Shown here piece after piece: positions 57,391 through 64,000 of a DNA stretch of 64,000 nt. Location of the stretch: the NCBI GenBank assembly GCA_951406725.2, contig OX597824.1, positions 63,054,001 through 63,118,000 of the forward strand, written 5' to 3'. The DNA is from Octopus vulgaris (Eukaryota). How positions within the stretch are numbered: the stretch's first letter is position 1; every line of letters begins with the position of its first letter. The position numbers were made by a program, and so were the translations under genes. The notes under the pieces are model-generated. The model was given only the letters and a program-made list of their open reading frames with translations. It was not told the origin of the DNA and ran no database searches.

Positions 57391-58545
57391 ACTGGCATGA
57401 AAATTTAAGACACTAAGAGATTTTCCTATTTGTCATGAAACTTAAGATGAAACCAATGGTAGCCTTAATTCACAAATAAAAGTTAGACAAACATGCCCCA
57501 CCCCCACATATTTATCAATAACAAGAAAAGTAGCTAGTTCGAAAATCTCTATAAGAGATGAAAGTAGTAAATATAATGACTGAGAATTAATGTTTGTCGC
57601 CACATCAATATGGTTGTTCGATGTTATTACAGATTTTAAGCCCAGGAAGATCCATCTACAATCTGCACCCGGTATATATTGCAAGCAGGGAGCGAATCTC
57701 AACCATCTTCTAGCAGACGGCGGGATCACCACAGCAAACGGTTTAGGGTTATTATGGGTTAATTTTACATTTAATTTCTCCAGGGTCAATCCAATCAAAT
57801 ATAATTCATGTACGTGAGGAGATCTAATAAATTATTCCATGTTCTTTCAATTCTCTCACTGTCTTTCTTTCCCTTTTCTCTTGTTCCCTCCCCGTTTCTT
57901 TATGGTCCTTTTCTAAACATGCTATTTGCATAACCATTCTACTTAAATCTAAATCAGTGACATGTCATTGTAACAGTGCTTCTCTTTCTAAACACTTCTT
58001 TTATTTCTTTATACATCTGTATAAAGATCACGAACCACATCTCTATCACCTTTTGAATGGGCGTCGTTACAGGTGATTGAAAATTTATTCTAGGAATAAG
58101 GATCTACTTTTTATCAAACTATATCCCACTATTTATAACTAGAGATAGCTACAGTCAGTAATATATATTTAGATACCTATCAAAACGATTGGGATTAAAC
58201 GAAGCATATTAAACTGATCTGTTTGTTCAGAGCTGGTCCAAAAGTTAAACAATAAGAATAAATCAAGAAATTGACAATATCTATTTCTTTTCATTTATGT
58301 TTCTAAAGACTTAACGGGTTTGAAATGTTTCTTTTTCAAACATTGAGATAGTAAAGTATGGAGCCATCTCAGCTTTAGAAATTCAGAGAAATCTGAGAAA
58401 ACGTTAAACTATTTTAATATTTTTAATTAAAATATCTAAACGAATCCCAGTGCGTTTCCACCTGCTTTTTTCTATATTTCTACTCGTGTGGAACAAAATA
58501 ACTTAGTTTCAGATACATATACGTGTGTGTATGGGAGGTGGTGTA

Positions 58546-58584
<39 letters not shown>

Positions 58585-60936
58585 GACATATAATAGGCTA
58601 TAATATTTTGTTTTCTTGATAGATGTTGCGACAGATGACGGGTAACTGCGTAAATGTACGCCGCACAGATGTAATCTTACATAAAGAAGTGGACTCTAAG
58701 GAAGTTACTTTCAGCCAACAATTAGTGGTGAGAAGATACTGAGAAACTGAAATATTTATTGTGCCCTGATGACGCAAAATAATTTGGAATAACTGATGCA
58801 TATTTGTATATAACATAATTTTCTACAATTTCATTTCATGTCAGACAAAAATAATAAAAGAATAATTTTACGAACAAGATGTTTACTATTACAAGGAATA
58901 GTGGATTTTGTGCAATATAGAATGAAACTTTAATCAAAACATAGGAGCATTCTTATATCATAACGCGTGTGTCTGCGTATTTCTTATACATATATACATA
59001 TATATATATATAGAGAGAGAGAGAGAGGGTGAGAGAGAGTGAGAGCGAGCGAGAGACACATATATATGCTTATATATATATGCATATATATATATATACA
59101 TATATATATGCTTTCATATACATAAATATATGTATATATTATATATATATATGACTATGTATGTACGTATGTATGATTGTTCGCATGTATGTATTTATAT
59201 GTCTGTATACATTCATATATACACAAACATACACACACATATATATATACATGCGTGTATATATCTATATTTATATATATACATATATATATATATGTAT
59301 ATGCATATGTATATATGTATGTATATGTATATATGTATGTATATCGTATGTATACATAATGAAAAATTAATTATAAGGGTCCATATGCTTTTAATCATAT
59401 TAAAAATAATGATGTATATGTATTTTAATTAGGCAAGTATTTTGACGCATAACAGTAAAAATGTTATGCGCTCCGTGATTTTTTACCTTTCTATATTTAC
59501 ACAGATAATTTCAGATAATTAATCATGATATGAAATAATTTATATTATATACAATTATTTGTTTAGCTACCTGTTTTGAAAGTTTAGACATCTCTAAAAA
59601 ATGTTTATGTATATTAATTTGGAAAATATTTGTACCTCTGATGGATGGTTATGCTTAACATAATGTAATAATAATGATTAAATTATTTTTCTTGGAATCA
59701 AATACATTATTTTTTTATGCGAGAGATCACATGTTAAGACGCAAGTGCTTCTGGAATTTGAGAACTTCCAAACTGAATGCGTAGAATAAGAATTTAGGAA
59801 CATAATGAAATAATAAATCAAACATGTTTGGACGCACAATATAACGTAGGGAAATTGTATTAAATTTATTGAATTTTTTCTGACTTGGAGAACGAAAAAC
59901 GAAATAGAAACAATGAGAATTTCAATAACTCGAGAAATAATTGGAAAAATAGTTGTTATACTTTACGAAAAGGAACGTTGAACGCCTTTAACCGGAAGGT
60001 ACCACGAAAGTTAACGATTTAATCATACTAGCAGCAATACATGGAAAATATGTTTTTCTTTATTACCTTATGAAAAGGATACATACAGAGGAGAAACAAG
60101 TACAGACAAAGGACGTATAGGGGTCAGACACACCCGTTGCATGATTTGAAAGCGTATGGGTTTAAAATTATGCAGACGAATGATTAGAGCCGATTTCCTT
60201 TTTGGTAATTATTTTCCGTTCCCTTGCACGTGGACCGACCTTGCTAGCACGGCACCTTGCATACTCAACTTCCTTTCAACTTCCATCCATCTTTTTCCGA
60301 AAACTCTTTGCGACAGCCTCCTCCTCTCCATACGGATCTTGCTGGAAAGATAGACGGCGAAGTAATTCACCATACATGGAAAATAAGAAATCGTTTGGCC
60401 AACAAACAGGATTTTAAATATCAAAAACACGGGCACCAATTATTTTTGGTAAGTAATAATTTGCATAATAAAAAATTAGCCAAAGAAAATAACTCAAATA
60501 ATGGCAACAATTCTGATAAGCTAATCTTTTGGATACATTGCAAAAGTGTTACCTGCCAAAAAAAATATCCTTACGGTCTCATATGTTTGTATATGTAAAA
60601 CTTCTACTTCTTCCTAAAGTGACTTCCACTTTTACATGTTTCGTTGAGGTAGAAGCATGTTCATTTCTGCTATAGCTCCGCTAACAAGCGTAAAGATTTC
60701 CATTTAATCCAATTTTATTGAAATTTCCAGAAAAAAGAGTCTTCCATTATTATAGATCTATTCTGGATATTTTATTCGTACTTGCTAAAAATGTTAATTT
60801 TTTTCCTTATTTTGTCAAGCGTCCTAAGTTGCTTACGAAAAATGTTTCAGGCGAGCTTTCCTCGCGAAAAAACATCATTAACATGGCTAGGACTATATAA
60901 GAAATACTGATGTTTCGCTTCAGAGGCAGAAAATAT

Positions 60937-61359
60937 TCATTTCTTTATTACCCAATGGGAACTAAACATAGAGAGGACAAACAAGGACAGGCAAATGGAT
61001 TAAGTCGATTACATCGATCCCAGTGCGTAACTGGTACTTAATTTATCGACCCATCCCCGAAAAGATGAAAGGCAAAGATGACCTCGGCGGAATTTGAACT
61101 CAGAACACAGCGGAGGACGAAATACCTATTTATTTACTACCCACAAGGGGCTAATCACAGAGGGGACGGACAAGGACAGACAGACGGATTAAGTCGATTA
61201 CATCGACCCCAGTGTGTAACTGTTACTTAATTTATCGACGCCGAAAGGATGAAAGGCAAAGTCGACCTCGGCGGAATTTGAACTCAGAACGTAACAGCAG
61301 ACGAAATACGGCTACGCATTTCGCCCGGCGTGCTAACGTTTCTGCCAGCTCGCCGCCTT
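60937..61359 (-). mobile_element. Young dimeric SINE family B with 15-bp TSD
   Basis: TSD agaggcagaaaatat at 60922-36 and 61360-74. Full monomer plus headless second monomer. Confidence 0.9.
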
Positions 61360-62489
61360 AGAGGCAGAAAATATCACAGCACCAACCAACCACCTTCGCC
61401 AACATTAGCTGAGATTCTACAAAACTCAGTGACACTTAGGATTAACTAATGCATGCGCATCTTGGACAACTTGCAGGAATGAATACTTGCTTTATTTGTG
61501 TCAAATCACCAACAAATACGTTCCACTCTGTAACACAATGAAATCTAAAATCTAAAACTAGAAGAAGTAAGGTCGTTCCCCCGAAAATAGAACGGCAGGG
61601 CAACACTAAAATACCGGAGTGGAGGCTTAAAAGTGAAATATATAGTTTTGAAAGAAAAATGTTTTATATGATAAGTCATCATATTAGGGCGATCTTAGAA
61701 GTACATTAACTGATATTGAATATAAAACTACGGTTTATAGGGAATGAAGAAAAATAATTTGTTTACCCGAATGAGTGAAACAAAGAAATAAAAGCTTGAA
61801 AGTACATCATTTTTATTGATTTGTGTTTGTATTTCTCAACAGCAATATTTTCAGAAGTTATTCAAGTGGCGTCGTGGAAACCTGTCAAAATAATTTCATC
61901 TTGAAAATTAATTTCGAGAAATATTATTTAAAATCATATTTAAAACTTTTCCAAGCAAAAATTTATGACTGGAGATTAATTTTAATTAAATACTTCTAAA
62001 TGTGTTTTTTTTTTTTTGTAATTCACATGCTTTTAAAATGTATTGCTGGCTCTTAAACATTCTCAGGGCTTAAAATTATTATTTTTCACTACTGCTCCTA
62101 ATATGTATTTATACTAATAACTTATCTAAATGTATTTCTCTTTATCCCCCACTCACAATATTAGTGTTTTTGAAACGGAATGTTTTCTCAATAGTGTTTC
62201 CAAACAGGTCATAACTCTATATGTTTAATATACCATTACATCACATGCTCCCATTTAAACAACGACAACACACAGTAACAATGACAAGAAAAATAAATAA
62301 ATAACATGAAAAGTAATGGCAATAATTAATAAGAATTCATGATGCTTAAAATAGAAACACAGACACCATCATTGTAAGACAAATATGCAAATGTATCACG
62401 AAAGAATGAACGTTTAACTGGAAAAGTGAAGTATGTGATTTTACAAAAGAGAATTGGACAGGCGGAAAGTAGATATCATCACAATGCTT

Positions 62490-62690
62490 CTATTTTCGGC
62501 ACAAGACCAGCAATTTCGGTAGATGGGGGCAAGGCGGTTACATCGAACCCAGTACTCAACAGTTATTTTATCAACTCCGAAAGCGATGAAAGGCAATGTA
62601 CACCATAGCAACATTTGAACCCAGAATGGATGTTATAACAGTGAGCGTTTTTGTCCGGTAAGCTAACGATTCTGCTATTTCAACTGAGTA
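62490..62690 (-). mobile_element. Diverged SINE family B copy
   Basis: gatgaaaggcaa..atttgaacccagaa..gctaacgattctgc. Confidence 0.6.
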
Positions 62691-62790
62691 AATACCATCA
62701 TAACCAAAAGTATTCTTTCCTATTATTGAAGCAGGATGACAACGATGTTGAAGCTTTCAAATCATACAAGAAAATTAAGTTTATTTCTAA

Positions 62791-63191
62791 GGGTTTTTTT
62801 ATAGCGATGTCATATGATGTCACCCATAATTATGACCCTAGTATCGATCTATTGCATTTCAATCTGTTTTAGGGTTAGGTCTAGTTAGGGTTAGGGGTGG
62901 GGGGAAGGGTATCTTGTTTTCTTCAGACAGGAAAATAAACCCAATCTGTTTCTTAAACGAGGGACATATTCATACGGCACAGAATGTTTTCACCTCAAAA
63001 GACGTCATTGATTGGTTGAAATTGCAAACATGAAGAAACAAACAACAAATATCTTTCAAACTATAGAATTCCTCAATAAAGCCAAGAGAAAAAGATGTTT
63101 TATATACACATTCTACCAGTATACGAAGTTTAAAAGTGTTTAGTTACATGGAAATTATTTTAAAAAACTGCCGTTCAAACCAAAAATATCC
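62791..63191. mobile_element. Second, inverted copy of the 12385-12819 MITE, one TIR mostly lost
   Basis: Reverse-complement match throughout, including ttagggttagg repeats and TIR aaaaactgccgttcaaaccaaaaatatcc. Confidence 0.85.
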
Positions 63192-63410
63192 AAATGATAA
63201 TTAATAAGATTTGGCGCTGTTCATGTTAGATTCAGAATGAATTCTTTTATAGATATTATTACATAGATACATAATCAAATACACATTGCTGTACTTCCTG
63301 ATCATATTGTAATTAAACCTTTTCATATGTATTTCGAGGAGATTATTTCAAGGTAAATATGGATTATGTATTAAATTAAGAACAACATATGATAAACATA
63401 TTTGATATGC

Positions 63411-63468
<58 letters not shown>

Positions 63469-64000
63469 AGTTAAACGCAGGTGTTATTCAAATTGTTTTA
63501 CTTCCGACACATGTTTCGAAGATATCACTGGTATTATTCCAAAGGAATAAAATGGTGTAAAACAATGTAATCTTCTCTTCAGGGAAATAAACAAATGAAA
63601 CTCACTAACAAAACATTTTAACAGAATATGATGGATATGTATAGGGATTAATTGAACGCTATTAAGATTTAAAAAGAAACATTGAGGATATAACGTCAAA
63701 TGTACCCTATAGGAACAGGAGGGGTAAAAAAAAGAAGTATATAAGGATATGTAAATTAAATAAAACCCTAAAGTCTAGTGAATGTGAAATGTAAGAAGAA
63801 AATTAATGTTTAAATTATGAGCTAAAAGTGTGTTTCTACCAATGTTTACATCGGTATGCACACTATAATTTTGATTACAAGGGAATTTTAGAAAAAAGAA
63901 TAAAAAATAGTTTAGAATTACAGAGGAGACAGAATTCCTTACCTTTATCATAAGGGATCGAATTTGAGAGAATCGATCAATCTAAATTAAATTGTTTATA

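Noticed and set aside
60240-60345. Minus-strand peptide RRRLSQRVFGKR resembling an amidated neuropeptide precursor
   Set aside because: Single motif, no signal peptide or repeats. Compatible with chance.

Overview
AT-rich, microsatellite-dense eukaryotic DNA. The repeat landscape suggests a mollusc, probably an octopod cephalopod (inference, not verified). No host protein-coding gene is recognisable and most listed ORFs are translated microsatellites. The window is a mosaic of mobile elements: (1) two long, frameshifted R4/Dong-type RT + restriction-like-endonuclease retrotransposons in tandem within (TAA)n, plus two decayed relatives, one with a 13-bp TSD at a non-TAA site; (2) a 2.34-kb TSD-bounded retroelement encoding only a Gag/ORF1-like CCHC protein, inserted in a SINE; (3) a 352-nt-period repeat with two intact type I hammerhead ribozymes (retrozyme/Penelope pLTR-like), two other families of decayed hammerheads in inverted repeats, and a Penelope-type GIY-YIG remnant; (4) two mariner elements, a double-headed non-autonomous Helitron, MITE/foldback elements and several tRNA-derived SINE families. 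The best candidates for something undescribed are the hammerhead circular-RNA unit, the ORF1-only retroelement, and an apparent 70-110 bp target duplication around the second Dong-like element. All coordinates and alignments were read by eye.
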